64,000 nt of DNA, from positions 28,914 through 92,913 of the forward strand of contig JBBSQW010000011.1 in assembly GCA_038243635.1 (NCBI GenBank), in the 5' to 3' direction. The stretch's first letter is position 1. Every line of letters begins with the position of its first letter. The notes under the pieces are model-generated. The model worked only from the letters and a program-made list of their open reading frames with translations, searched no databases and had not been told where the DNA came from. The position numbers were made by a program, and so were the translations under genes. This DNA is from Sphingobacteriales bacterium (GTDB taxonomy: Bacteria > Bacteroidota > Bacteroidia > Sphingobacteriales > Sphingobacteriaceae). Positions 1-10,997 of the stretch are shown in pieces.

Positions 1-2025
1 AATTCTTAGTTTGGTAAAAGCAACCGGCACCAGAGTTATTTCTTCAGTTTCAGATGAAACATCTCCTTTATAAAAACCTTCACGCCCAGAAACTGGCAGA
101 TACGCCAAGCCGTTTACCACCTTCCAATCATTAATCTTTTTAGCTTTAGTTATAATTTCGACTGGCGCATTTAGTAAATTCCAGCGAAAATCTTTTTGCA
201 ATCCGCTAACTTTCACTTCAGTTTCTGTTAATGGATTTTCTGTAACACTCCTTGGCAAACCGTAGTTCCAAGCCGTAGTTGGGTGAACCTCAAAATATTT
301 TCCTTCGCTAGCCTCAGTTCCTTCGCTCCACTGCTCTCCAATCTTAAGCCCGTAAACCAACGGCCCACGTTCTATTGATCTTGAATTATCAACAGATTCT
401 ATCGCTTTTACCTGCATTGGCAAATGCAATACAACCTGATCTTTATTAGTCCAAGTTTTTTTGATATTAATAATTTGACCACCTTTTTCCTTGCTATAAA
501 ATTTACCATTTACAGAAATAACAGCTTCGCTACACCATGCGGGAATACGTAACTGAAACGGAAACTCTGCCTGCTTTTTTAAAGAAAAATTAAAAGTGAT
601 TTTATCATCAAAAGGGTAGTTGGTTACTTCTTCAATAGTTATTGGCGTTTGCTTTTCGCCGATTGTGGTAGTTAAAGAATTAGGGCTGTAAAGTAAGGCG
701 GCTATTCCACCGTCAGCAGTTTTGTGCCAAAGATTTTGGGTAAACTTTGTCCAGCCTTGGTGCATATTGGCATAACAACAAGTGTAACCACTCTTTACGC
801 CCAAAACGTTATTCATCGCTCTGTCAAATGGCAACGTAAAAGCAAAAACACCTCGGCTTATTTCAACCTGATTGGCAATCTGGAAATACTGCTTTTCGTG
901 GTAATCATCTGTAGTTTGCGGAGGCATGGCATTGAAAGTCATTTTTTCCAAAGCATCCATATATTTTTCATCTCCCGTAACGTTGATTATTTCTTCCAAA
1001 GAGAACATCGTTTCTACCGTTGCGCAAAGTTCTGTACCCTGTGTTGGCTGGTTACCGTGTAAATCTTCATCCGCAGAGAAAATCCCGTTTGGTAAACCAT
1101 GCAGCAACATAATATCTGCAAAACCAGTATTTAAATTTTTCAGATAAGTACTATCGCCAGTCCGCTGAAAATTGATTACAGGATCTTTTAAAGCCATGCC
1201 TACGTTTACGCCGTGGCGTGTCATCCAATCCTCTCCATTTGCATGTGCTGCGGCGCTCATTACCCAGTCTCTTCCACCAAACCAATTGCTCCAAGCATAA
1301 GACTGCGAGTTAATTAATGCCGCTAAATCCAACAAAGAGCTATCTTTAGTGATACGATATAACCATTGTACCATCATCACATTATCTATCCCTCGAGATG
1401 TTGCCCATCCGGTCCATTTACCAACTGGACATATTTTTAAAGCCTCTTTTTGGTAATTGAAATATTTTGTCATAAATGGAATTACGCGTTTATCTTGCGT
1501 TGCCGAATGATATTGCTGTAATACTTTTAACATGACCATTTTTGGCCACCAATCATCGCCCTTATCACAGTTTTCCAAGTCAACTTGTTTACCCGTTTCG
1601 CGTTCCCAATTGGTAATTGCACCGAAATATCCAGATGGACGCTGGTTTTCTAAAGTCCAGTTAATATATTTCATCACTTTGGCCTTCAGTTCTTCATCAT
1701 TCAATTGCCACGCCAACGGCACTGCGCCATCCAACCAATATGGTGTTTCTTCCCAAGAATCACCTTTACCACCAAGCCAACCGTTATCATCTTTTATCTT
1801 GTCGTAAATTTCGTCGATATGCCCAGTTGAGCCATCCTTCATAACGTTTAGCTGATCTAAAAGCCAGCCTTTCGGATGAATTTCTCCCAATGCCACAGGC
1901 TGAAATGCCAAGTTTTGGAAATTCTGTTTTTCTGGATGTACTGTGGTATCTGCGTTTTTTTGCTGAGCTGATATTGGTAGTGAAATCGCCAAATAAATAG
2001 CAGAAAGTATAATTTGATTCATAAA
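1..2025 (-). CDS. Secreted glycoside hydrolase, GH127/DUF1680-like (beta-L-arabinofuranosidase family), 5' end of gene in window, C-terminus runs off left edge
   Basis: Continuous minus-strand frame from ATG at 2025 (MNQIILSAIYLAISLPISAQQ signal peptide) to window edge. Translation contains E-L-C (TELCATVE) and a downstream Cys-Cys (GYTCCYANMHQGW), matching the Glu-x-Cys / Cys-Cys zinc/catalytic motif arrangement known for GH127. Not in ORF track because it is truncated. Confidence 0.6.
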
Positions 2026-2848
2026 ATTCACGGTAGGTTTTGTTATTCTTTATTTGGTAAATAATCTAAAAGTACTTTTATAAAACATAGTCCTACCGTA
2101 TCACAAGCCTAAAAACCAAATTTCTGCTTCGGTTTTTTCTACAAGTAGTTTATGGTATACGCTTTAATGTTATTGTCGTGGTTTATTTTTAGGTAAATAT
2201 CTTAGGAAACATACAAGTCTTTAATAATCTCAAAGAAGCTCAAAATCGTCGTAAAATCTCATCCATTACCTCTCAATATTTTATCAGTTTGTCTCAAAAC
2301 AGTTTATTTAGAAAATAAGCCTAACAAAAGATGAGCGCTCTAATATATAAACAAACTACAAATTTCATTTTTTGAAGTTTAGGTTAATTAGTTTAAACAT
2401 GGGCGAACATTCCCAATAACCTGCCAATTTATCGAAGAACACCTGTTAAAATGGAATAGTCGCTTTGATCAATTATTCATACAGACTGTCATCTACAGCA
2501 TTTATTGCCATTAAAGGAAAACCTATAGGTTACGGGGTTGGGTCGTAGGTTTGGCTCCCAATTTACTACTTAAAACGAGAAACTACCTTCAGCGGTCGCA
2601 CTATCGCTATCAACATGCAAATATTGTGATTACTTTTTATTTGTCATTCTTGTTATACCCAGATTACGCATTTCAGCATTCAATCTTTAAAAATGAAGTA
2701 ATAGTTAAAACGGAAACTATCCAAAAAAGAAAAAAACAACATTATGAGGGAAATAAGATTTTTGACATAAAGGCGAAGAAAACACCTACAAACGAAAAAA
2801 AGTTGGTCTCCAGCAGTATCGCTTTAAACCAACTTTGTATCTTAAACG

Positions 2849-2920
2849 TAGCCCGTAGGGGAATCGAACCCCTGTTACCAGAATGAAAATCTGGCGTCCT
2901 AACCCCTAGACGAACGGGCC
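2849..2920 (-). tRNA. tRNA-Glu (anticodon TTC), 3' CCA not encoded
   Basis: Reverse complement folds as cloverleaf: acceptor GGCCCGT/ACGGGCT (G1-U72 wobble), D stem GTCT/GGAC, anticodon stem CCAGA/TCTGG with loop TTTTCAT (anticodon TTC), T stem AGGGG/CCCCT with TTCGATT loop. Confidence 0.85.
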
Positions 2921-2951
2921 ATAAAAAAAGAGTTGTCTTTCAAACTCTTTA

Positions 2952-3026
<75 letters not shown>

Positions 3027-3111
3027 CTGTATTTTAATTTCCTTACAATAACTATCTTTCTGTAAGTTTTTAATCTTCAAAGCTTGTTAATGTTAAACAA
3101 GTTTAATATTG

Positions 3112-3183
3112 TAGCCCGTAGGGGAATCGAACCCCTGTTACCAGAATGAAAATCTGGCGTCCTAACCCCTAGACGAACGGGCC
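3112..3183 (-). tRNA. tRNA-Glu (TTC), second identical copy
   Basis: Identical sequence to 2849-2920 copy. Confidence 0.85.
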
Positions 3184-3242
3184 ATTAATTTAAAAGCTTG
3201 CCTTGCTTTAGCTTTACGCTTGAAGCCTTTAGCTTTCTAAGG

Positions 3243-3315
<73 letters not shown>

Positions 3316-3459
3316 CTATATGTTAATGCTTTACTATTTCAAATTTAAAGAAAACACATTCTGTTTTCTATCTTTTTAAGAACAAATCCTCGTTCTTAAT
3401 TGGTCTGCAAAGATATAATTCGTTTCTTTGTGCTCCAAATCTTTTTTACAATAAATTAA

Positions 3460-4338
3460 ATGACACATAAAGCAGGTTTTGTTAGCATCATTGGTAAGCC
3501 AAACGCAGGCAAGTCAACCCTTATGAATCAGCTAGTTGGCGAAAAAATGGCTATCATTACGCCAAAAGCACAAACTACCAGACATCGTATTTTAGGGATC
3601 GTAAATCACCAAGATTACCAAATTGTGTTCTCAGATACGCCCGGAATCATCAAACCAAACTACAAATTGCAGGAGAATATGATGCATTTTGTTGATGATG
3701 CTTTGGTTGATGCAGACATATTAGTTTTTGTAACCGATATCAATGAGAAGCAAGACGAAGAAGATGTTTTAGAGAAATTAAAAAACACCAATGCAAAAGT
3801 TTTGGTAGTCATTAATAAAATTGATGAATCAACAAATGAGTTAATAGAAGAGAAAATCAATTATTGGAAAGAGAAGCTAAATCCCGAGGGCATTGTTGGG
3901 TGCGCAGCTTTACATTCGTACAATACAGAGCCTGTAATGAGCTTCATTACGGAAAATCTACCAGAACACCCTGCTTATTACGAAAAGGATGAATTAACGG
4001 ATCGTTCTGAGCGTTTCTTCGTATCAGAAATGATTAGGGAGAAGATTTTCAAATTCTACAAAAAAGAGATTCCTTACAGTACCGAAGTTATCATCACTTC
4101 CTTTAAAGAAGCCAAAGATATCATTAGAATTAGTGCCGAAATTGTAGTGGAGCGTGATTCGCAAAAAAATATCATTATTGGCACCGGCGGATCAATGCTT
4201 AAAAAAGTAGGAACCTATGCTCGCCAGGATATGGAAGAGTTTTTACATAAAAAAGTTTTTTTAGAAATGTTTGTGAAAGTAATTCCTGATTGGCGAAACC
4301 GCGAAAATTATTTAAAAAGCTTTGGATACGGCGAGTAA
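3460..4338 (+). CDS. era: GTPase Era
   Basis: 292 aa; G1 motif GKPNAGKST, DTPG, NKID; C-terminal KH-domain region; typical Era length. Confidence 0.9.
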   Translation: MTHKAGFVSIIGKPNAGKSTLMNQLVGEKMAIITPKAQTTRHRILGIVNHQDYQIVFSDTPGIIKPNYKLQENMMHFVDDALVDADILVFVTDINEKQDEEDVLEKLKNTNAKVLVVINKIDESTNELIEEKINYWKEKLNPEGIVGCAALHSYNTEPVMSFITENLPEHPAYYEKDELTDRSERFFVSEMIREKIFKFYKKEIPYSTEVIITSFKEAKDIIRISAEIVVERDSQKNIIIGTGGSMLKKVGTYARQDMEEFLHKKVFLEMFVKVIPDWRNRENYLKSFGYGE

Positions 4339-4473
4339 CGCAAGTGTTATTATTCTTCAGACAAAATTAGAAAAATTTAGGGCAGTTTAATTTTAAGAAT
4401 GTTATAGAGATTTCTAAGCCTCAGTTTAATTACTGATATTCTTATTCGGGCGTTCGAGACGGGCTTTCCGCTT

Positions 4474-4545
4474 TATCTTTTTTTGTCATCCTGAGCAGAG
4501 TCGAAGGACAAAAAAAGGATACCGCTACAATCCCTAACGCAAAAT
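4474..4545. repeat. Intergenic hairpin repeat element, copy 1 (T7-GTC stem / conserved 19-nt loop / GAC-A7 stem, plus conserved tail ...taacgcaaaatt)
   Basis: tttttttgtc-atcctgagcagagtcgaag-gacaaaaaaa followed by ggataccgctacaatccctaacgcaaaatt. A second copy at 63121-63195 has the same flanks/tail but the hairpin core in reverse-complement orientation. Sits between convergent era and GHL10 genes. Confidence 0.6.
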
Positions 4546-4661
4546 TCCTTGCTTATACAGGTTTCTCCAACAATTTTTACATTTGGTCGATGTTATCACC
4601 GCACCACCCTCAAGAGATATTCAAAGGAATTCTTGGTATGCAAAAAAGTATGAACAAAATT

Positions 4662-6209
4662 CTACTCAACAGCCTTAGTCTTTTTTAACTTTATTTTAAA
4701 AGCTACAGACGGTTCACTTTCATTTTTTACCCGGTCTAAAGCCGTGACCACATAAGTGTAGGTTTTATCGTTTTTTGCGGAGGTATCTTCCCATGATGTA
4801 ATGTCTCCATAATAAATATTTTTAATAGCAGTTACATCCGTAACGTCTATTGGCATTTGGTCATCAAAACGGTAAATTACAAAACCGTATGCTTTTTCCC
4901 CTTTATTATCTGGTAGCGGAAGTTTCCAACTTAACAACACGCCGCTCTCCCCTTCAATACCCAAAAGATTTTGAGGTTTGTTAGGTGCAACGGAATCAAG
5001 CCATAGCATTAATGGTGGTAGCGCTGGGTACTTATAATAGTTCTGACTTAAAGTATCTGATACCCCTAACGGATTACGGGTTAGCGACTTCGAACTAAAA
5101 AATACGCTCCCTTGCACCCTTGGATTCGCTCTATTAAAGGTAATCTGTCGGCCAATTTGATCTGCATTTTTCCAAACTAGCTCTTTTGTTGCATTTACTT
5201 TATAAGCGCCATGCCCAATGTATAAATGTCGTCCGTAAGTATGGTTGCTCCACCAGTCTACTAAATTACCATAAGGCGCTGCTCTAGTCTCAAATGCCCA
5301 ATAAATTTGAGGATTAATATAATCTACCCAACCTTCTTGTACCCATTTCCTCGCATCAGCATAAATTCCGTAAAACGAATCCCCACCATAGCTTATAGAG
5401 CCTTCTGGGTCTTGCGATTTGTTTTTCCAAATACCAAACGGACTTACGCCAAATTTAACATAACTTTTATGTGCGTGTACACTATCATTTACTGCTTTAA
5501 TCAGTAAATCAACATTGTCTCGGCGCCAGTCTTTAATGTCTTTAATCCCTCTATTTTGAGTCCAAAATGTTGACTCGTCATCTATAAACTGACCCTTAAT
5601 AGCATACGGGTAAAAGTAATCATCAAAATGTACTCCGTCGATATCATAGTTGTCGACCACGTTTAAAATAATTTTATTAATGTATTCACGTACCTCGGGC
5701 AAGCCTGGGTTAAACAGTTTTTTACCATCATACTTAAAAAACCAGCTGGGTTTAAGCTTTGTGATATGGTCTGCGGTAATATTTTCTTCTTTTCCATCAA
5801 AGGTTGCTCTGTAGGGATTAAACCAAGCGTGAAGCTCCATTCCGCGTTTGTGGCATTCTTCAATGGCAAATTGTAAAGGATCATAAAATGGATTTGGTGC
5901 TTGCCCTTGCTTACCGGTTAGGTATTGCGACCATGGCTCAGTACCTTTTGCATAAAAAGCATCTGTTGCCGGGCGTATCTGAAACATAATGGCATTAATA
6001 CCTTGTTCTTGATGTTTATCTAATAATTTAATAAGCTCAGCTTTTTGTTGTTGAGTACTTAAGCCTGCTTTACTGGGCCAATCTATATTGACTACAGTCG
6101 CCACCCAAACCCCACGGAATTCTCTTTTTGGAGAGATTTCTTGTGCAGTTGAAATTAGCGATATGCTTGTGAACAGAATTGAAAAGAGGATGTGCTTGAA
6201 ATACGTCAT
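4662..6209 (-). CDS. GHL10-family (glycoside hydrolase-like 10 / DUF187) secreted protein with C-terminal beta-sandwich domain
   Basis: 515 aa, signal peptide; N-terminal REFRGVWVATVVNIDWPS...GINAIMFQIRP motif block typical of GHL10 family; part of SusC/SusD locus. Confidence 0.65.
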   Translation of the reverse strand: MTYFKHILFSILFTSISLISTAQEISPKREFRGVWVATVVNIDWPSKAGLSTQQQKAELIKLLDKHQEQGINAIMFQIRPATDAFYAKGTEPWSQYLTGKQGQAPNPFYDPLQFAIEECHKRGMELHAWFNPYRATFDGKEENITADHITKLKPSWFFKYDGKKLFNPGLPEVREYINKIILNVVDNYDIDGVHFDDYFYPYAIKGQFIDDESTFWTQNRGIKDIKDWRRDNVDLLIKAVNDSVHAHKSYVKFGVSPFGIWKNKSQDPEGSISYGGDSFYGIYADARKWVQEGWVDYINPQIYWAFETRAAPYGNLVDWWSNHTYGRHLYIGHGAYKVNATKELVWKNADQIGRQITFNRANPRVQGSVFFSSKSLTRNPLGVSDTLSQNYYKYPALPPLMLWLDSVAPNKPQNLLGIEGESGVLLSWKLPLPDNKGEKAYGFVIYRFDDQMPIDVTDVTAIKNIYYGDITSWEDTSAKNDKTYTYVVTALDRVKNESEPSVAFKIKLKKTKAVE

Positions 6210-6406
6210 TAAACCTAAGGATTTCTTTTTTTAAAAACGCAAAGATAGGGAATTTGGTATGTTAGGGAAAACAGAATTATGTAAAAGCGACTGCTTATTT
6301 TACAATAATCATTTAGACTACTTATTTAAACGACCAAGGTTTATATTCACAAAAAGCGCCCTTTACTTTCGGTAAAGGGCGCATAACTTAAAACAAAATC
6401 ATAATT

Positions 6407-7858
6407 CTACAAATCAAACCACATCTTGTCGAAATATTTAGGTTGTGGAGTAGGAATATTAGGATTTGCAGTTGTCTCATCAGGAGACAACTCAAATCTT
6501 CTGATAAGCGGACCTGCTGTTGCATCTAGAGGAAGCGTCAAAGCTGGAAACTCATTTCCATCCGAACCGGATCTTCTCCACTGAGTAAATGCTTCTAATG
6601 GACGATCCATTAAATCAATCCATTGCTGCGTGTGAATATCTTTTACTGGATCTACTGAAATTGCCAACACTGGCAATTGGGTAGTAAGATATGTGGAAAC
6701 CGCTGTAGCATCAGATTCATAAAAATCCATGGAAGCTTTTACTCCATTAGAAAACAAGGTTTGAGCTGTAGCCAAATCTTGTGTCACACCGAGACCTCTT
6801 GCGTAAGCTTCTGCTTGAAGTAAAGCAATTTCTTGATACGTTAAAATCAAAGATGGCGCATTTTTTCTATATATGTATGCACTTATTAAAGAAGTCGTTT
6901 CATCAGCAAGTTCTTCCGTTTTCACAGACTTATAATCTGTCGCGTCCTCACCTTTATCGAAAAACCTTGGAATACGAGGATCATCTTTTGGTTGCATATA
7001 ATCAAAAACAAAAGAATTCGCAAAAAACCACTGGTTTTCACCGTCTGTATAGGTTTTAAACAATCTGTATTTAGGATTTTCGTTATTAGTCTTATCGTAA
7101 TATGGATGAAGCCAGCTATCTGCAGGTGAAGCAATCATATCTGCGGCGTTAGCAAGCATTTGACCGACCTGGGATGCCTTAGTTGGGTCTTTATCAACCA
7201 TTAACATCAAAATTTTGAACTTGATAGAGTTAGCAACTTTTTTCCATTTTGTCATATCGCCTTTGTAGTAGATATCATAATCCGTAATCTTTAAGGGACT
7301 AGCAGGATCTATTTGTGCGCTAGCTTCATCTAACAACTTCAATAGGCCTTCCAACACATCTTTCTGAGCATCATATTTGGGATACGGAAATTTGTCTGCT
7401 TGCCACGCTTCAGTGTACGGCACATCTCCGTATAATGTAGTTGCTTCGTAAATCATTTGTGCCAAAACAATTTTGCACTGTGCAGCTGTATTGTTATTTG
7501 CAGGAACGGCACTTTCAGCATCGCGAATTGCTAACTGCAAATTATTACCTGCTGTACTATAAAAAACTTTCCAGGTATTACCTAAAGTGAAAGGACTTAA
7601 ATCATAAACGTTACTCTTCTCCCATCCAAAATCACCTCCACTAGCTATATTTTGTGCAAAAAGTCCTGTTGGAAGCCATAGGTCACCACTATTTTTATTA
7701 GCGTCCCAAGCGGTAATAGCGTAACCAAAAAGCAAATTAGGTTGCACTTTATTAGCTGTTAGCGGGCTCGTATTTATATCGAGAAACTTCTTACAGGATA
7801 CTCCTCCAATGGCAACCAGCACCATCAAAAGATATATAATTCTATTTATTGTTTTCAT
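6407..7858 (-). CDS. SusD/RagB-family nutrient-binding outer membrane lipoprotein
   Basis: 483 aa, lipoprotein signal (GGVSC), immediately downstream (11-nt gap) of SusC-like TonB-dependent receptor; size and position typical for SusD-like. Confidence 0.75.
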   Translation of the reverse strand: MKTINRIIYLLMVLVAIGGVSCKKFLDINTSPLTANKVQPNLLFGYAITAWDANKNSGDLWLPTGLFAQNIASGGDFGWEKSNVYDLSPFTLGNTWKVFYSTAGNNLQLAIRDAESAVPANNNTAAQCKIVLAQMIYEATTLYGDVPYTEAWQADKFPYPKYDAQKDVLEGLLKLLDEASAQIDPASPLKITDYDIYYKGDMTKWKKVANSIKFKILMLMVDKDPTKASQVGQMLANAADMIASPADSWLHPYYDKTNNENPKYRLFKTYTDGENQWFFANSFVFDYMQPKDDPRIPRFFDKGEDATDYKSVKTEELADETTSLISAYIYRKNAPSLILTYQEIALLQAEAYARGLGVTQDLATAQTLFSNGVKASMDFYESDATAVSTYLTTQLPVLAISVDPVKDIHTQQWIDLMDRPLEAFTQWRRSGSDGNEFPALTLPLDATAGPLIRRFELSPDETTANPNIPTPQPKYFDKMWFDL

Positions 7859-7868
7859 ATTTTATCAA

Positions 7869-10800
7869 TTAAAAAGATAACCTTAAATTTAAACCAATTG
7901 ATCTGGTTGAAGGAATACTGTTAAATTCTACACCCTCTCCAACACTACCTGCTCCAAAGAAGTTAGATTCTGGATCAACATGAGGAACGTGGCTTTTAAT
8001 TAACCAAAGATTTCTTCCTTCAATACCAAACTCCGCCCCTTTCAATACAGAATTACTCTTGAACAGTTCTTTCGGAAGCGTATACGCAAATCTAATCTCT
8101 CTTAACTTAACAAAAGAAGCGTCAAAAATATTCCCCTCTGTGTTCTCCGTTTTCGCTTGATTAATCCAGTACTCCTGAACAGAAGTCACAGCTTTGGTGT
8201 TTGGAATATAAGTAGTACCGCTTTTCACCACGCCTTTGTCAACAAATGGAGTTCTGTCTCCTCCTGTTTCTATAGCTAGACCATTAGCTCTCAAGCTTGA
8301 AACCGTTCCAGAATAGAAAACACCACCTTGGCGGATATCAACAAGACCGGAAAGACTAAAGTTTTTATAGCTAAAGCTATTGTTTATACCCAACATCCAG
8401 TCGGGATAAATGTTACCTAACCTCTGGTTAGCCACAACACTTTTTAAACCGTTGTTTGGATTGATTACAAAATCATCTGTACCAGGTGCTCTCTCAAATT
8501 TTGTACCGTATAGGCCGAAAGGTTCGCCAACTTGTGCTTTGATTTGTAAACCGCTCCAGCCACTTGCTAAACTATATTGTTTAAGTTCCGGAGTCAATTC
8601 CTCAACAATTTGCTTGTTTCTAGAATAATTTAAATTAATGTCCCAAGCAAAATCTTTCATTTTAACTGGTGTACCGGTAACAGCTAATTCAATACCCTTA
8701 TTGCTAATTAATCCAACGTTAACGTATTTTGCGAAATATCCAGTTGAAATTGCAACGTCAATTGGTATTAACTGATCTTTAGTCTCCGTGTTGTAGTAAG
8801 TAAAATCAAACCCAACTCTGCTTTTTAAGAATCTCATCTCTGCGCCAACTTCAAAAGATCTTTGTCTCTGAGGAACCAAATCTGCGTTAGGCAAAATGCG
8901 AGGACCTGTAAATGCTGTAGTAATTGGTCCAATAGGGAAAATATTTGTTCTTGCATCGACATACTGAAGGAAGATAGTAGATACAGGATTAAATTGGAAA
9001 TCTAGATTATAAGGATCCAGATCACTACCCACTTCTGCATAGCTACCTCTTAGTTTACCGAAGCTTAACCAGTCAAAACCTTTATTTCTCAATAATTCTG
9101 AAAACACAAACGCACCACTTACCGATGGGTAAAAGTATGATCTATTCTCGATTGGTAAAGTTGATGACCAATCATTTCTACCAGTGACATCTAAGAATAA
9201 AAAATCCTTGTAGGAAACGCTTAAGTTACCATAAACACCTACCAATCTTCTTTGAGAAAATCCTAGCGTGGGAGTCTTAGTAGAAGCATTAGTATAATTG
9301 TAAAGTTGGTCAATTGTTATATCAGATGCGTCAACAGTTGTACTTTGTGACTGCCTTTCATTAATGTTATTTCCTACTAATAATTTAAATTTGAAGTCTT
9401 TAACCAGCTCATTTTGCTCTAAAGCAACGATAAAATCGTTATTGATCTGGCGATATAATAAGTCGTAGTTAGAAAACTTACCGTTAATCACACCAGCTGT
9501 CCCTTTACGAGTAACAGAAGAACGTTTCTCCGTATAAATATCCCCTCCCAAATTATTGGATATGGAAATCCAAGCCAAAGGTTTGTAGTTTAGGGAATAA
9601 GAACCAACAAACCGATCCACTGTGTTACCACTTTTGTTATAGTTCATAATCCAATAAGGATTGTTACCTGTCTTATCCGTACTTAAGAAAATTTGATTTC
9701 CTGTAACTGGGTCTTGATAATTGTTCTTTAACTTTTCGATATCAATTGTCCTTGGCAATCCATAGATTGACGAGGTTATTATATTTGTATTGTTTGAACT
9801 CTGAGCAGGGCGTCCGCCTGAAGATATTCTACTGTATGTTCCCGAAAAACGAGACGATAATTTCTTAGAGAATTCTCTACCAGCGTTAAGGGAGAAATTG
9901 TATCTATCCAAAGATGTTTGTGGAATAATACCTGTTTCGTTAACTCCTGTGAAACTTAAACGGTAATCAGAATTATCCCCACCGCCTGAAAAAGAAACGT
10001 TATTTGTATAAGATGCCCCAGTTTGGAAATAGTCTTTTACGTTATCAGGATAAGCCTGTAAAGTTACTTGATTGCCTAAAAAGTCGGGAAATTGAGTATT
10101 TTGCACATCTGCAATCTTTGGCCCCCAACCGTTGGTGTACTTCAATCCGTACACGCCTAAGTTTCCTTGAGCATACTCGTTTTGAAAATCTGGGAGAACT
10201 AAAGGATTGTCAAATCTTACAGACGAATTTACAACCACAGCAGTTGTAGATCCCTTTTTACCACGTTTGGTTGTTATAATAACAGCACCATCCTTAGCTC
10301 TTGAACCGTAAAGAGCAGTTGCAGCAGCACCTTTTAAAATTGTCATAGACTCAACATCATCAGAACTTAAATCTCCGATACGGTTTCCGTAATCAATGTT
10401 ATTTGATGTTGTACCGCCTGATGCTGTTCCGTTACTAACTGTCATACCATCAATAACAAATAAAACATCGTTACCGTCTAAAGAGTTAACCCCACGAATA
10501 ACAATCTTTGCAGATCCACCCAGCGTACCAGAAGTTGAGTTAATTCTGACACCAGCAGCTTTACCAGCTATTGAGTTTAAAACGTTTGTTTCTCTTGCAT
10601 TAGTTAAATCTTCCGACTTCAAAACAGAAGCACCGTAACCCAAAGATCTTGCCTCTCTGGAGATATTTACAGCCGTAACGATAACTTCACCCAGCTGTTT
10701 GGTGTCATTCTCTAAAGAAATATTAATGCTAATTCTTGCTCCAAGTGTCACAATTTGGTTTAAGAAACCAATGTAGGAAACCTCCAAAGTGTTAGCGGAC

Positions 10801-10997
10801 GTGGGCACATTAAGTGCAAAGTTACCATTTGCATCTGTTTGAGTTCCTTGATTTGTTCCAGTTACTTTAACTGAAACGCCAGGTAATGGCAATCCATCTT
10901 CAGATGCTGTTACCTTTCCTGTAATCCTTCTATCTTGCGCAAGCACCGTGGATGCTATCAGCAACAAGACGAATAAACTTTGTACAAGTTTTTTCAT
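7869..10997 (-). CDS. SusC/RagA-family TonB-dependent outer membrane receptor
   Basis: 1042 aa; signal peptide, N-terminal carboxypeptidase-regulatory-like domain (ITGKVT...DGLPLPGVSV), TonB-box/plug region (ILKGAAATALYGSRAKDGAVIITTKRG), C-terminal ...LNLRLSF barrel terminus. Confidence 0.9.
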   Translation of the reverse strand: MKKLVQSLFVLLLIASTVLAQDRRITGKVTASEDGLPLPGVSVKVTGTNQGTQTDANGNFALNVPTSANTLEVSYIGFLNQIVTLGARISINISLENDTKQLGEVIVTAVNISREARSLGYGASVLKSEDLTNARETNVLNSIAGKAAGVRINSTSGTLGGSAKIVIRGVNSLDGNDVLFVIDGMTVSNGTASGGTTSNNIDYGNRIGDLSSDDVESMTILKGAAATALYGSRAKDGAVIITTKRGKKGSTTAVVVNSSVRFDNPLVLPDFQNEYAQGNLGVYGLKYTNGWGPKIADVQNTQFPDFLGNQVTLQAYPDNVKDYFQTGASYTNNVSFSGGGDNSDYRLSFTGVNETGIIPQTSLDRYNFSLNAGREFSKKLSSRFSGTYSRISSGGRPAQSSNNTNIITSSIYGLPRTIDIEKLKNNYQDPVTGNQIFLSTDKTGNNPYWIMNYNKSGNTVDRFVGSYSLNYKPLAWISISNNLGGDIYTEKRSSVTRKGTAGVINGKFSNYDLLYRQINNDFIVALEQNELVKDFKFKLLVGNNINERQSQSTTVDASDITIDQLYNYTNASTKTPTLGFSQRRLVGVYGNLSVSYKDFLFLDVTGRNDWSSTLPIENRSYFYPSVSGAFVFSELLRNKGFDWLSFGKLRGSYAEVGSDLDPYNLDFQFNPVSTIFLQYVDARTNIFPIGPITTAFTGPRILPNADLVPQRQRSFEVGAEMRFLKSRVGFDFTYYNTETKDQLIPIDVAISTGYFAKYVNVGLISNKGIELAVTGTPVKMKDFAWDINLNYSRNKQIVEELTPELKQYSLASGWSGLQIKAQVGEPFGLYGTKFERAPGTDDFVINPNNGLKSVVANQRLGNIYPDWMLGINNSFSYKNFSLSGLVDIRQGGVFYSGTVSSLRANGLAIETGGDRTPFVDKGVVKSGTTYIPNTKAVTSVQEYWINQAKTENTEGNIFDASFVKLREIRFAYTLPKELFKSNSVLKGAEFGIEGRNLWLIKSHVPHVDPESNFFGAGSVGEGVEFNSIPSTRSIGLNLRLSF

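Noticed and set aside
724-1807. Three short plus-strand ORFs (724-1062, 926-1147, 1532-1807)
   Set aside because: All lie inside the long minus-strand GH127-like coding frame; they are antisense shadow ORFs.
2551-2886. ORF-track CDS of 111 aa on the plus strand
   Set aside because: It overlaps tRNA-Glu on the opposite strand and an AT-rich intergenic region, and has low-complexity composition. Probably spurious.
4485-4509. Idea that the 19-25-nt hairpin core is a recombinase-driven invertible switch
   Set aside because: The segment is far too short for site-specific inversion (known invertible promoters span more than 100 bp). Insertion of a symmetric-stem hairpin element in either orientation explains the pattern more simply.
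8410-10638. Short plus-strand ORFs inside the susC region (8410-8628, 10004-10249, 10396-10638), and similar antisense ORFs inside carB, rng, the M16 peptidase, pgi, der, murQ, GH63, hemL and others
   Set aside because: They are embedded antisense within long, well-supported CDSs. No independent evidence supports them.
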